Positions 20,034 to 30,735 of a stretch of 64,000 nt of DNA are shown piece by piece (positions within the stretch are counted from its first letter, which is position 1; each line of letters opens with the position of its first letter). The stretch is taken from positions 2,208,894 through 2,272,893 of the forward strand of contig JAYQLI010000035.1 of assembly GCA_038143065.1 (NCBI GenBank). The letters are read 5' to 3'. Source of the stretch: Rhodospirillales bacterium (GTDB lineage Bacteria > Pseudomonadota > Alphaproteobacteria > Bin95). The position numbers and the translations under genes were made by a program. The notes beneath the pieces were generated by a model that was given only the letters and a program-made list of their open reading frames with translations, did no database searches and had not been told where the DNA came from.

Positions 20034-21968
20034 TTGACGCAATTTCCCAATTTATTCAGTGAGATAACATTAGCGAGTTCTCGACTTCGGAATCGTATAG
20101 CGTTGCCGGCGACAGTCACTAATCTGGCTAAAAGCAACCGTATAACGGAAGCTTACAAAAATTTCTTGATCGAGAGGGCGAAAGGCGGAGCTGCCATGTT
20201 AATCACGGAAGTGATTGCAGTAGACCCAAATGCCATTGCACAACCAGCTATCGTTACAGGTTTCGACGAGTCTAATGATGAGGATTTTGCTGATCTAGCT
20301 TCTCGCGTGAATGCTGAAGGCGCAATTTTGATTGGCCAACTATGGCACCCCGGCAAACAGCAATTATGGGGAGCCACTTCCTCCCCTATGGGTGTATCCG
20401 ATCAGCCAGACGCTTATAGTTGGACTGTACCCAGAGTCATGACCCATGGGGAGATTGAAGGTGTCATTTCAGCCTATATAAATGTCGCCGTTAAGCTTTC
20501 TAAATTAGGTTACAACGGCGTCGAATTACATGGTGCTCATGGTTACCTAATTAATCAGTTTCTATCTCCATGGTCGAATTTTAGGGAAGACCGATGGGGA
20601 GGTTCTGTCGAGAATAGAATGCGTTTTGCTTGTCAAATTGCGACCGGTATCAAGGCTGAAGCGGGACATAATTTTATTGTTGGTTTAAAGATGCCTGGGA
20701 CAGAAGAGGTCGAGGGTGGAATTGATCCGCATGAGGCTGAAAAACTGACACGGGCACTTTCTGAGACAGGTGTTTTTGATTATTTCGCCTACGGTCAGGG
20801 CAATTTCTCATTGAGTCTCGAAAGCCACGTGCCTGATATTAATTATCGACCAGGCCATTTTCTTGAAATTCATAAAAGGATGAAGCAAGCAGCAGGCGAT
20901 GTAGCTGTGATGGCACTTGGCCGAATAGGGCATCCAGAAGAGGCTGAAAATGCTTTGTTGTCTGGGCAAGGTGATTTAATCGGAATGACTAGAGCCCTTA
21001 TAGCTGACCCGGATTGGGCTAAAAAAGCTGAAGCAGGAAAAACTCGATACATACGACCAACTACATTTGATAACGTTGCTTGGGGGCTAGTCCATCAAGG
21101 AAAACCTCTGCTGGATCACCTAAATCCACTTATTGGGATTTCAGGAGAGAGTGGTTGGGAACCTCTGCCTAGCCAACAGCCTAAGACTGTCGCAGTAGTG
21201 GGTGCAGGACCCGCGGGTTTACAAGCCGCTTGGGTTGCGGCAAGGCGAGGGCATGATGTTGTCCTATTTGGTCGTCGCTTAGGTGGCGCACTGGATATGG
21301 AAGCTAAGTTGCCGGGGCGCTCAGATATGGGGCGCATAATAACCTGGCAAAAATTGATGGCTGAAGATGCAGGCGTGAATTTTCGATTGGGTAAGCTCGC
21401 GTCAGTAGATGAAGTGCGCCAGGTAACGGATACAATAATTCTGGCTTCTGGTGCAGATCAGCGTTGGCCAGATTCTCTTGCACCCACAAAGGAGCCTGTT
21501 TTTGCCGCTCGTTCATTTGATTTTGCAAAATGGAACGGTGGTCGTCGAAGAGCAGTCCTCTTTGATCACGATCAAACAGCTGCGGTTTATGGGTTTGCTG
21601 ATCTACTTGCAGAACATTTTGAAGAATTGATTTTGATGACGCCGCGCCCACAATTTGCAGAGGGAGTAAATTACTGCAGTTCCATCGGAGTTTTTCGAAG
21701 ACTCTATAGTGCTGGAGTTAAGCTTTTGCCGGCGGCAGTCCCTGTTTCTTTCGAAAACAGAAAAGTCTCTTCGTCAAATCCTTACAGTAGGGAGATACAA
21801 AACATCGAAGATGTTGATCTTCTTATCTACGCAACACCGAGGTCACCTAATTTGTCGCTAGCGGATAAATTGGAGGACCTAAATCCTATTCGAATAGGAG
21901 ATTGTCAGAGCCCGCGCCCACTCATTGGAGCCATTCATTCGGGACAGGCTGCTGGGCTTCAAGTTTAA
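20034..21968 (+). CDS. NADH:flavin oxidoreductase (OYE barrel plus FAD domain; DCR/TMADH-like)
   Basis: ERAKGGA, GVELHGAHGYLINQFLSP, NFREDRWGGS, GAGPAG, IGDC..PR. Confidence 0.88.
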   Translation: MTQFPNLFSEITLASSRLRNRIALPATVTNLAKSNRITEAYKNFLIERAKGGAAMLITEVIAVDPNAIAQPAIVTGFDESNDEDFADLASRVNAEGAILIGQLWHPGKQQLWGATSSPMGVSDQPDAYSWTVPRVMTHGEIEGVISAYINVAVKLSKLGYNGVELHGAHGYLINQFLSPWSNFREDRWGGSVENRMRFACQIATGIKAEAGHNFIVGLKMPGTEEVEGGIDPHEAEKLTRALSETGVFDYFAYGQGNFSLSLESHVPDINYRPGHFLEIHKRMKQAAGDVAVMALGRIGHPEEAENALLSGQGDLIGMTRALIADPDWAKKAEAGKTRYIRPTTFDNVAWGLVHQGKPLLDHLNPLIGISGESGWEPLPSQQPKTVAVVGAGPAGLQAAWVAARRGHDVVLFGRRLGGALDMEAKLPGRSDMGRIITWQKLMAEDAGVNFRLGKLASVDEVRQVTDTIILASGADQRWPDSLAPTKEPVFAARSFDFAKWNGGRRRAVLFDHDQTAAVYGFADLLAEHFEELILMTPRPQFAEGVNYCSSIGVFRRLYSAGVKLLPAAVPVSFENRKVSSSNPYSREIQNIEDVDLLIYATPRSPNLSLADKLEDLNPIRIGDCQSPRPLIGAIHSGQAAGLQV

Positions 21969-22002
21969 TTTAGTGTTCCTGACATATTCAAATTAGCGCA
22001 GG

Positions 22003-22434
22003 CTACAGGGGGATAACGTCCTCGAAATCCACGTCAAGCGCCATTGCAAGCATCTGACAGATTTCCACTGAAGGAGTAATTGCTCCTGTTTCAAACGCTT
22101 CAATATCGTCTTCTTGAAAACCAATGAATCCTGCTAGAGCTTCTTGGGTGAGTTCTCTCTCTTCTCTCCATACAAGGATTGGATTTTCTCCCGCATCTAT
22201 GCGGGTTTTTACAGCTTCTGGAATTGGCCCTCTTGGGGGACGTGGAGGTGGCGGTGGCATTTCAAACTCTGAACCAAAGCCTGGAGGCAACTCAGGAGGC
22301 TCTTGATCAATATGATTTGAAGACCCTGCGCGGCGCGCTTCTAAAAGGCCATAATACTCACTGATGGGTAATACAGCGTATGCAGGTCGGCCGTCAGGAC
22401 CCGCAATAAATTGAACATTGATTGTTTGGGACAT
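22003..22434 (-). CDS. XRE-family HTH protein with antitoxin-like N-terminus
   Basis: QFIAGPDGRPAYAVLPISEY N-terminus; GENPILVWREERELTQ..LA HTH; Pro-rich linker. Confidence 0.75.
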   Translation of the reverse strand: MSQTINVQFIAGPDGRPAYAVLPISEYYGLLEARRAGSSNHIDQEPPELPPGFGSEFEMPPPPPRPPRGPIPEAVKTRIDAGENPILVWREERELTQEALAGFIGFQEDDIEAFETGAITPSVEICQMLAMALDVDFEDVIPL

Positions 22435-22444
22435 GGTATAACCT

Positions 22445-22885
22445 TCAAGTTTTCTCAGAGAATTTTGGTTGGATCCACTTGGCGAATATGGATCGTGGTT
22501 CTTCTGTCCAATCTATGCTTTCGTAAAACCCAATTACTTTTTGATTGTTGGGTCTGACCAAAAGCTGTGCCTTACGCAAACCCCTCCCTGAAAACCAGGC
22601 AGACGCCGCGTTCATCATTTCGCGACCGAGCCCTTGCCCTTTCCGTGAAGGGTCGACTCCAAAATAGTAGACCCATCCTCTATGCCCATCGTCCCCAACC
22701 ATGCAGGCAGCAACAATTTTATTATCTTCTTCTCCAACAAGTACTGCTGACTGTGGTTGCGAGAGTGCACGGTCGAAGTCCTCGTGTGGTGGGTTGTGGT
22801 CGACCAAGAGGCCGGCGGATCGCCAGAGAGCGACGACTTGATCACGGTCAGACTGTGTGGCGTCACGAAGATACATCAGGGACAA
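22445..22885 (-). CDS. GNAT acetyltransferase (YpeA-like)
   Basis: MVGDDGHRGWVYY, RKGQGLG, N..VIGFYE. Confidence 0.88.
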   Translation of the reverse strand: MSLMYLRDATQSDRDQVVALWRSAGLLVDHNPPHEDFDRALSQPQSAVLVGEEDNKIVAACMVGDDGHRGWVYYFGVDPSRKGQGLGREMMNAASAWFSGRGLRKAQLLVRPNNQKVIGFYESIDWTEEPRSIFAKWIQPKFSEKT

Positions 22886-23607
22886 CCGAGTTTGTCAGCG
22901 AGATCAATGAAAGATATTGCAGAAATGTCGATAGACGGATCTGGAGTTAGATCTTTGATTTGCCTGGGACCATGTTCAGTTGGGCGAGGCACAAATGCAG
23001 TTCTGAGACCGCAACGTGCTGCTGCATTGAGATCGTCATTGTGAGCTGCAGTCATTATCACTTCTGAGGGAGCTAAGCCAAGCAAGTCGCAAGCACGCAA
23101 GTAGCTCTCGGGCATTGGCTTATACGCTTGGCAAACTTCAGCCCCCAAAATGGTGTCCCAGGGTAAGCCCGCGTGTTTGGCCATGTTAACCATAAGGGCC
23201 ACATTTCCATTTGATTGGGTAGCAATAATGAATTTCTTTTTGAGACGCGTTAACCCCAGAGGGGAATCGTCCCATGGGCTAAGGCGGTGCCAAGCGCGGT
23301 TCAAGTGATCTAGTTCTAAATCGGAAAGCCCAGAGATGCCAAACTCTGGCAGGATATTCTCTAGGTTCTCTCGGTGTAGGATATCTAGTTTAGTAAACGG
23401 ACGCGTGCCTGAACGAACTTCTTCCATAGCTGGTTGATACCGGCGCCGCCAGGCATCTGCGAAGGCATGCCAATCAAGGTCATAACCTTTAGGTTGCAGC
23501 ATATTCGCCGCCTCTTTGGCTATGGAGGTACGCCAATCGACAACAGTGCCAAAGACATCAAATATTAAGGCTTTCGCGTTATCTAAGCTCATATCTGCAC
23601 TTTTCAT
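22876..23607 (-). CDS. Haloacid dehalogenase type II
   Basis: FDVFGTVVDW, SNGN, AYKP, AAHNDDL, PRPTEHGP. Confidence 0.9.
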   Translation of the reverse strand: MKSADMSLDNAKALIFDVFGTVVDWRTSIAKEAANMLQPKGYDLDWHAFADAWRRRYQPAMEEVRSGTRPFTKLDILHRENLENILPEFGISGLSDLELDHLNRAWHRLSPWDDSPLGLTRLKKKFIIATQSNGNVALMVNMAKHAGLPWDTILGAEVCQAYKPMPESYLRACDLLGLAPSEVIMTAAHNDDLNAAARCGLRTAFVPRPTEHGPRQIKDLTPDPSIDISAISFIDLADKLGCP

Positions 23608-23804
23608 TTTTAATCGTCTGAGCGTTTATTAGCGCTTTAACTTTGGTTTATCCAAGCTCTTATTTTGCTCTAACAATGCTGCACTCATTTCAACTCCGTA
23701 AAAGATTTGAGATCTATTTTCGATGGGGTTATCGGCACAGACGGTACTAGTGGTAATAGATCACTCGCTTATTCTCCACACCAAAATATTGAGGAGCCAA
23801 GATA

Positions 23805-25148
23805 ATGGCCACGGCACCAATCGATAGCAAACTTTTCCGTGACATGTTTGGAACGGAGGCGATGCGCGAGATTTTTGATGAAACTACAACTTTACAAAGG
23901 TACCTAGATGTAGAAGCAGCTCTTGCCAGAGTGCAAGCGAAGCTCGGTATTATACCAAACGAAGCCGCCTCAGAGATCTCTTCCAAATGTCTGGTGGAAT
24001 TAATGGATCAGGAGGCAATCGCCAAAGAAACGATCATAGTTGGCTACCCTATATTAGCTCTCGTAAGAGGAATAGTGTCAGCGTGCGACAATAATCTGGG
24101 CGAGTATGCCCATTGGGGAGCAACCACCCAAGACATTATGGATTCGGGTTTGGTTCTCCAGATACGTGATGCGATCAATTTATTAGATTCTGAATTAGAG
24201 GAACTTTGTAAAACACTTGCTCGCCTCACTGATGAATATCGTCACGCAACTATGGCAGGTAGAACGCACCTCCAGCATGCTTTGCCTGTCACATTTGGTC
24301 TAAAATCAGCCGTGTGGTTAGCCTCATTGCTGAGGATGCGAGAGCGTTTAAATCAGCTTCGGCCCCGCGTTTTGGTTGGTCAATTTGCTGGTGCCTCTGG
24401 CACGCTTGCCTCCCTCGGTGAGAGAGGCATGGAAGTTTCAGATGGGTTGATGGATGAGCTTGGTCTTGGCAGGGCCCTTGCTCCTTGGCATGTCTCCCGA
24501 GATGCAGTTGCCGAAACTATTTGTTTTCTGGCTCTGTTAAACGGTGCTCTTTCTAAGATAGCTACTGACGTGATGCTTCTAATGACGACCGAGCTTCAAG
24601 AAGCCTTTGAGCCGTTCGTTAAAGGGCGTGGAGCTTCCTCAACGATGCCTCAGAAGCGAAACCCAATTTCCTGCGAGATTATAAGGGGTAGTGCTCGGCT
24701 TGTTCGCTCTCATGCATCGGCTTGCCTGGATGCAATGGAGGCCGATTTTGAGCGCGCAACCGGGCCCTGGCACGTTGAATGGATAGCTGTTCCAGAAGCT
24801 TTTGTGTTGACGTCAGGAGCCCTTAGTCAAGCAAATTTTATGCTCGCAGGACTTGAGGTGGATACAGACAGAATGCGCCGTAATCTGGAAGCTTCCAATG
24901 GATTAATAATGGCAGAAGCTGTGATGATGGGGCTTGCACCTGTGGTTGGCCGCACAACTGCTCATGATAAAGTATATGAAGCCTGCAGAAGGGCCATTGC
25001 AGAAGGGGTCCATCTACGCGATGCCCTTTTGGCTGATAGCGAAATTTTCACTCAATTAGGGCCAAAGGAAATTGAACGCCTTATGGAGCCAGCAAATTAC
25101 CTTGGAGCTACTCAACAAATGATAGACCGCGTTCTAAATGCTGTTTAG
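23805..25148 (+). CDS. 3-carboxy-cis,cis-muconate cycloisomerase-like lyase (fumarase/aspartase superfamily)
   Basis: HWGATTQD, GRTHLQHA, GASSTMPQKRNP. Confidence 0.85.
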   Translation: MATAPIDSKLFRDMFGTEAMREIFDETTTLQRYLDVEAALARVQAKLGIIPNEAASEISSKCLVELMDQEAIAKETIIVGYPILALVRGIVSACDNNLGEYAHWGATTQDIMDSGLVLQIRDAINLLDSELEELCKTLARLTDEYRHATMAGRTHLQHALPVTFGLKSAVWLASLLRMRERLNQLRPRVLVGQFAGASGTLASLGERGMEVSDGLMDELGLGRALAPWHVSRDAVAETICFLALLNGALSKIATDVMLLMTTELQEAFEPFVKGRGASSTMPQKRNPISCEIIRGSARLVRSHASACLDAMEADFERATGPWHVEWIAVPEAFVLTSGALSQANFMLAGLEVDTDRMRRNLEASNGLIMAEAVMMGLAPVVGRTTAHDKVYEACRRAIAEGVHLRDALLADSEIFTQLGPKEIERLMEPANYLGATQQMIDRVLNAV

Positions 25149-25247
25149 CCAGTCGCTTCAATGCTTTTTGTTAGCAGCCCATCGCTTACTTGAGACAGAA
25201 GCTTTGTTATTCTATTCCTGAAAATTATTTAAGTGAGAACCTAAGCC

Positions 25248-26015
25248 ATGCCCGTAGAGCTGAGTCGCATTGATGAATTTGCCTTAATTACTCTGAACCG
25301 ACCCGAAGCTCTAAATGCTCTTAGTTTTCAGATTGTGCGAGAAATTGGAGAGGCCATTGATGAAGTGGCTCGTTCTGATGCGCGTGCTCTTCTCTTTACC
25401 GGCACCGGCGACAAGGCTTTTTGTGCAGGTGCAGATATTTCTGAGCTTATGGGCCGCTCTGTTTCTGATATTCGTGAGGGAGCACGACGGGGACAATGTA
25501 CCTTCAGCAAGCTTGATGAATTATCTATCCCTTCAATCGCTGTCATTAATGGTTTTGCGTTGGGAGGCGGTCTAGAATTGGCTCTTGCCTGTACGTTCCG
25601 TGTTGCATCGCCAAACGCACGGATGGGCTTACCAGAGGTAAAGCTTGGTTTAATCCCTGGGTATGGTGGAACCCAACGCCTCCCTCGTCATATTGGGGAG
25701 GCTAAGGCAATGGAATTGATACTGACCGGGCGCTTTATACAAGTCGCAGAAGCTGAGCGGGTTGGCCTTATTCAGACAACTATTGATGGAGATTTGATGG
25801 CTGGAGCATTGGAATTTGCCCGTACTTTCAGCGGATATAGCCTTGCGACTTTGAAATTGGCGCGAGAGGCAACACGAAGAGCCCTTGACGTTAACTTAGA
25901 TGAAGGTCTCAAAATTGAGGCTGATTTGAATTCTCTCTCTTTTTTACTGGATGACGCTAAGATTGGAACAGAAGCGTTCCTGTCTAAGAGCGAACCAAAA
26001 TTTGTGGACCGTTAA
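25248..26015 (+). CDS. Enoyl-CoA hydratase/crotonase
   Basis: [34 protein letters not shown]. Confidence 0.92.
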   Translation: MPVELSRIDEFALITLNRPEALNALSFQIVREIGEAIDEVARSDARALLFTGTGDKAFCAGADISELMGRSVSDIREGARRGQCTFSKLDELSIPSIAVINGFALGGGLELALACTFRVASPNARMGLPEVKLGLIPGYGGTQRLPRHIGEAKAMELILTGRFIQVAEAERVGLIQTTIDGDLMAGALEFARTFSGYSLATLKLAREATRRALDVNLDEGLKIEADLNSLSFLLDDAKIGTEAFLSKSEPKFVDR

Positions 26016-26018
26016 TCT

Positions 26019-26764
26019 ATGAATGAAAAATCGCGTGTTGCTATTGTTACGGGGGCAAGCAGAGGAATTGGATCTGTAACAGCCGCAGCGTTGGCAGCTA
26101 AGGGATTTCGCGTGGCTAACCTGTCAAGAAAGGGTATAGGCCCCGAGGACCGCGTTCGTGGAACAGAGGAAGCCCGGGTATCGGTTGATTTTGCTTGTGA
26201 TATCACCGACGACCAAGCAATTCAGTCCACTTTTAAGGCGGTTGAGGCCCATTTTGGGCAGATTGATGTTCTAGTTAACAATGCCGGACAGCATGATGAA
26301 GGTAAAAGTTCTGAGTATAGTACTGATGCTTTCGACGCACTTATGCGAGTAAATTCAACTGCAGTTTTTGTTGCTTGTCGGGAGGCCTTTCCATATTTGG
26401 CTGAGACCCGGGGTTTGATCATCAATATGGGTAGCTATTACGATAAATTAGGGTCCGTTTTCACGCAGCTTATTGTGCGTCAAAGGCAGCTGTTGCGGCT
26501 GTGAGCCGTTGCCTGGCTGTAGAATGGGCCAAATCAGGAGTGCGGGTTCTCACAATAGCGCCCGGTTTTATCGGTACAGACCTAAATCAATCACACATGT
26601 CTAACGATCGTTTTCGAGATTTTATTACTCGCCGAATTCCCTCGGGAGTTATTGGAAAACCTGAAGAAGTAGGAGCGCTTATTGCTGCGATAGCTTCTGA
26701 AAACCTGCACTTTTTAAATGGCGAGACTATTTATTTAGATGGTGGTCAAGGAATGAATCATTGA
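26019..26764 (+). CDS. Short-chain dehydrogenase/reductase (frameshift near 26452)
   Basis: TGASRGIG, NNAG; a missing G restores AAYCASK; IAPG, YLDGG. Confidence 0.88.
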
Positions 26765-27453
26765 GATTTATCCAAATTATTTTTGGATAAATCAGCAAGT
26801 GCCATATCAAACAAGGGCATGAAATATTCTGGTTCTTGAGCACCAGAGATAGCAAAACGTTTTTCAATGACAAAACAGGGCACGCCCTGAACGCCCATCT
26901 GCCTGGCCTTCGTGTCTTCTGAACGAATGGTATCTCTATCTTCGTCGCTTGAAAGATACTTATGGACTTCTTTGGGGTTGAGACCTTCAGTCCTAGCTAT
27001 CTCAGTAAGTGTTGTGGCTTCACTAATATCCTCACCGTTTTGAAAATAAGCCTCAAAAATCGCTTGTACGACTGCATTCTGGCAGTTTGTGCCACCCACA
27101 AGCCTTGCCCACTTAATAAGTCGATGAGCATCAAGTGTATTTGGGGTCCGGGTAATCTTATCAAAGTTAAATTCAATCCCATCGGCATGGCTTGATTGAC
27201 GTAAATTGTCATAGATTCGGCCGGCGTCTGCGGCACCAAATTTAGCCGTTATGTAGGCATCGCGGTTCATGCCCTCGGCGGGCATCCAGGGGTTTAGTTG
27301 AAATGGTTTCCAGATCAATTCAATGCTTGTGTCAGGCCTCATAGCCTTAGCTTTTTCAAGTCGGGTCTTCCCGATGTAACACCACGGACAAACCGTATCA
27401 GCATAAACTTCAATAAGCATTTGCTCCTGAATTTCCTTTCCCAGGACAGCCAT
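26758..27453 (-). CDS. DsbA/FrnE family oxidoreductase
   Basis: DTVCPWCYIG, PFQLNP, PNTLDAHRL, GVPCF, SGAQ. Confidence 0.92.
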   Translation of the reverse strand: MAVLGKEIQEQMLIEVYADTVCPWCYIGKTRLEKAKAMRPDTSIELIWKPFQLNPWMPAEGMNRDAYITAKFGAADAGRIYDNLRQSSHADGIEFNFDKITRTPNTLDAHRLIKWARLVGGTNCQNAVVQAIFEAYFQNGEDISEATTLTEIARTEGLNPKEVHKYLSSDEDRDTIRSEDTKARQMGVQGVPCFVIEKRFAISGAQEPEYFMPLFDMALADLSKNNLDKSQ

Positions 27454-27574
27454 AGCTTGCTCACGTCACCTGTTAACACCTTGGCGTTTTTATAATCGCC
27501 AGATCCAGGACGCTTTTCCTAATGGGATACAATACTGCGTATCCGATGGTGCGTAGAAATGTTTCTAAGGAATT

Positions 27575-28914
27575 TTATGTCTCAATATAATCTGTTTTTA
27601 TTAACTTTAAGGTGCGAGACATAGATCCTGATTCTTCAAAACTACTTAAGCAATCAAACAGCTCTTCCGTATTTTGACCTAATTTTGGCCGGACAAGAGG
27701 TTCAAACTTGTTCCACATATCTTCGATTGACATCGGATTTTTGGGATTGCCGAGAGCAACAGGAACCTCCGCTACGAGAGAAGTTCCTTCCTCAAATTCC
27801 ACCTCAATGCGAGAGGATGTATCCACGAGGGAGGCGTCAGATATTAATTTAACCTTATGTAATATTTTCCTTAATTCTGGGTCCGCCATACGAGTCTCGA
27901 CAAAATCGGTTTCTGATGCGGCATAACCTTTCAAGCCAAGAGCAGCGCAGAAGGCGAGGCTAAATTTTCCTTGTAGGGGAGTTACTGGCTCATCAATTCC
28001 AGCGAGGCGAATAGCCGGCTCGCCTACATATAATTTGACTCTCTTGAAGTCGTTATTCACCAACTTTGGTGCGAGCTGGCGAGCACCGTCTATGACCGCA
28101 TGGGTCAAAAGGCATGCAGCATAGGGTTTGAAGGTATTCTGTGTTATTTCCCAGCCATTCTCAAAACTGATTTCAGCTATGCTCGTGGACCTGTCTGGAA
28201 ATAGAGCTTGGCTTAGACCGCCCTCAGGCTCTATCAGATCCTTGCGCGCATCAAATCCGGCGAACGCCATTTCAGCTGATAGGACACCGTTAAAGGCGGC
28301 TTTGCCTGCATGAAATGGTTTTGACATGGAGCCAAATGAAGCAGTCAATCCGCTAACCTGAGTCGCTGCTAGGCCTATGGCATTGAGGATTTCTGTTTGA
28401 TTTAATTTAGTCAGTACGCTTGCTGCTGCAGTGGCGCCAAAACTGCCAAAAATACCAGTAGCATGAAAACCTCTCATGTTTGTTGGTTGGCCAAGTCTAT
28501 TCCCAATTCGAGCAGCAATTTCATAGCCTGCTATGATTGCAGAAATTATCTCTGGCTCTGTTAGTCCCCTATCGCTAGCAAGTGCCATGGTGGCTGCAAT
28601 AGTAGGGCCCCCGATATGTGTAACCGCTCCTACATGTGTGTCATCAAAATCGAGAGCGTGTGCTGCAGTTCCATTTATTAATGCAGCAGCAGCAGCTGAA
28701 GTCGTATGCGCACCCGATAATAAAAATGCTCGACCAGGGCCAGCCCAGTTTTTAGTGGCTTTGGCTGTCGATTGTGTGACTGGTTCAGTTGAACCCCGAT
28801 GGCGACACAAAACCAGTCAATTAATGCTCGTTTTGCGGCGTCTATGACCTCCAGCGGGAAATTAGATGCCTCTGCGCCTTCTATGAATTCAGCAATCTTA
28901 GTGGCATTTTTCAT
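27575..28914 (-). CDS. MmgE/PrpD family protein (frameshift near 28795)
   Basis: NGTAAHALDFDDTH, GFHATG, KPFHAG, FKPYAAC, GKFS. Confidence 0.9.
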
Positions 28915-29018
28915 TTTTTCTTAGGCCTGTTTTCGATATTACGATTAATTTTCCATCAACAGCTGACCTCAAGTGACACTAGTTATGTTCAATTTGAAGT
29001 CTTTTCTATCAAGGGATA

Positions 29019-29807
29019 TCAATCGTCTATAATTGCTACTGCACGGGTCCAGCCAGCGGATGCCTGGTGAATTTTTACGGGGAAGCAAACCACTTCGAAC
29101 CCGGTTGCTGGTAGGACTTCTAAATTATGTAATTTCTCTATGTGACTGTAGCCAATGTCTCTGCCAGCCCGGTGCCCTTCCCAAATCAGCTCTGCAGACC
29201 CGCCTGCTTCAATACGCTTTTTTGTGAAGCTGAAAGGAGGATCCCAAGACCAGCCGTCAGTGCCAACAACTCTGATTCCTTGTTCTAACATCCATAGTGT
29301 TGCGGCTTTTGACATTCCGCACCCAGAGTCGACATAGTCATCGTGGCCATACCTAGAGCCCGCTCTGGTATTTATTAACACGATTTCCATTGGCGAAAGG
29401 ATGTGGCCGATGCGTTTTAATTCGGCTTCAACGTCCTCTGGCTGGACAATATAACCATCCTCAAAGTGTCTAAAATCAAGTTTCACGCCTTGATTGTGAA
29501 ACCACTCAAGGGGCAGTTCATCTATTTTTTGCGAGGGTCTTCCCCCAGGGGTAAGCTGTTCGTCCTGCCGTGAAAAATAGTGGTATGGCGCGTCAACATG
29601 AGTGCCGTTGTGGGTGGAAATTTTTACCCTTTCAATGGCGGCGTACTCTTGGTTGGGGAGATCGTCTACAGAGACTCCCATATATTCTGCCATGCCTAGA
29701 GCAGTTTGTTTATGGTCAAGGTACTCAATTTCTGGAAGCGCATGCGGTGGATCTGATTTGATTCCCGCAGTGAGGGCTACGGACAAGTCAATATAACGTC
29801 TCGGCAT
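29019..29807 (-). CDS. Cyclase family (kynurenine formamidase-like) metal hydrolase
   Basis: HNGTHVDAPYH, VGTDGWSWD, EKLHNL, ASAGWTRAVA. Confidence 0.9.
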   Translation of the reverse strand: MPRRYIDLSVALTAGIKSDPPHALPEIEYLDHKQTALGMAEYMGVSVDDLPNQEYAAIERVKISTHNGTHVDAPYHYFSRQDEQLTPGGRPSQKIDELPLEWFHNQGVKLDFRHFEDGYIVQPEDVEAELKRIGHILSPMEIVLINTRAGSRYGHDDYVDSGCGMSKAATLWMLEQGIRVVGTDGWSWDPPFSFTKKRIEAGGSAELIWEGHRAGRDIGYSHIEKLHNLEVLPATGFEVVCFPVKIHQASAGWTRAVAIIDD

Positions 29808-29827
29808 AGTTTTTATTTCTTTCGGGC

Positions 29828-30635
29828 TTAAAGAGGATTGTCGAGGTCAAAATTTGGCGGGCGTTTTTCTCTGTGAGATGCTAAGCCTTCTTTGGCTTCC
29901 TCGCCGGCAAACCCAAGAAATTCGTAAGCTGTTGATGCGTCAAATGTTGGCCCAGCCATCCGAAGCCAATTATTTAGAGAATATTTTGTAAGTCGGATGG
30001 CGGCAGGTGCCCCTTGGCTAGGCGCTCTGCAACTTCCATGGCTTTATCTTGGAGTTCCTCAGCTTTAACGGATAAAGATACGAGGCCCATTCTTTCTGCT
30101 TCTTCACCTGTCATAGGTTCGCATAGAAGTAGGTGATACTTAGCTTTTGCCATGCCACAAAGTAGGGGCCAAATAATCGCTGCAACATCACCTGCGGCGA
30201 CCCCGAGCCTGGTATGACCATCAATAATCCGGGCGTCTTTGGCTGCAATCGAGACATCAGATAAGACCCCGGCAACAAGACCGGCACCAACTGCGGGACC
30301 ATGAATGGCTGAGACAATTGGTTTTGAACAGTTAATAATGTTGTAAACTAAGTCGCGCGCTTCCTTGAGGGCGCGCCATCTATATTTTGAATCGGCGATA
30401 ATGTTATCGATCATGTCAAAGTCACCGCCGGCAGAAAAGCTCTTCCAATACCGCGCAAGAGAACTGCATTAACGCTGTCATCGCGATCTATATCGCGCCA
30501 GATATCACAAAGCTCCTGATGCCCCTTCGCATCTACAGCATTTAGACGCTCGGGCCGATTGAATGTGATTCGCAAAATTCGTTCCGATGGACGATCAATC
30601 TCAAGCTGTTCATACTTAGAATACAGATCAGACAT
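29828..30635 (-). CDS. Enoyl-CoA hydratase/isomerase (frameshifts near 30437 and 30012)
   Basis: [10 protein letters not shown](S)[31 protein letters not shown]. Confidence 0.85.
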
Positions 30636-30735
30636 AGTTTGCCTCTGCTAAAGAATAGTCAGTTTGATTCTAAGCTTGACACGAAGCCCAGTTCTTTCCC
30701 AGAGCAGTGCTTCACTTTGAAAAAGTGAGAGGAGA

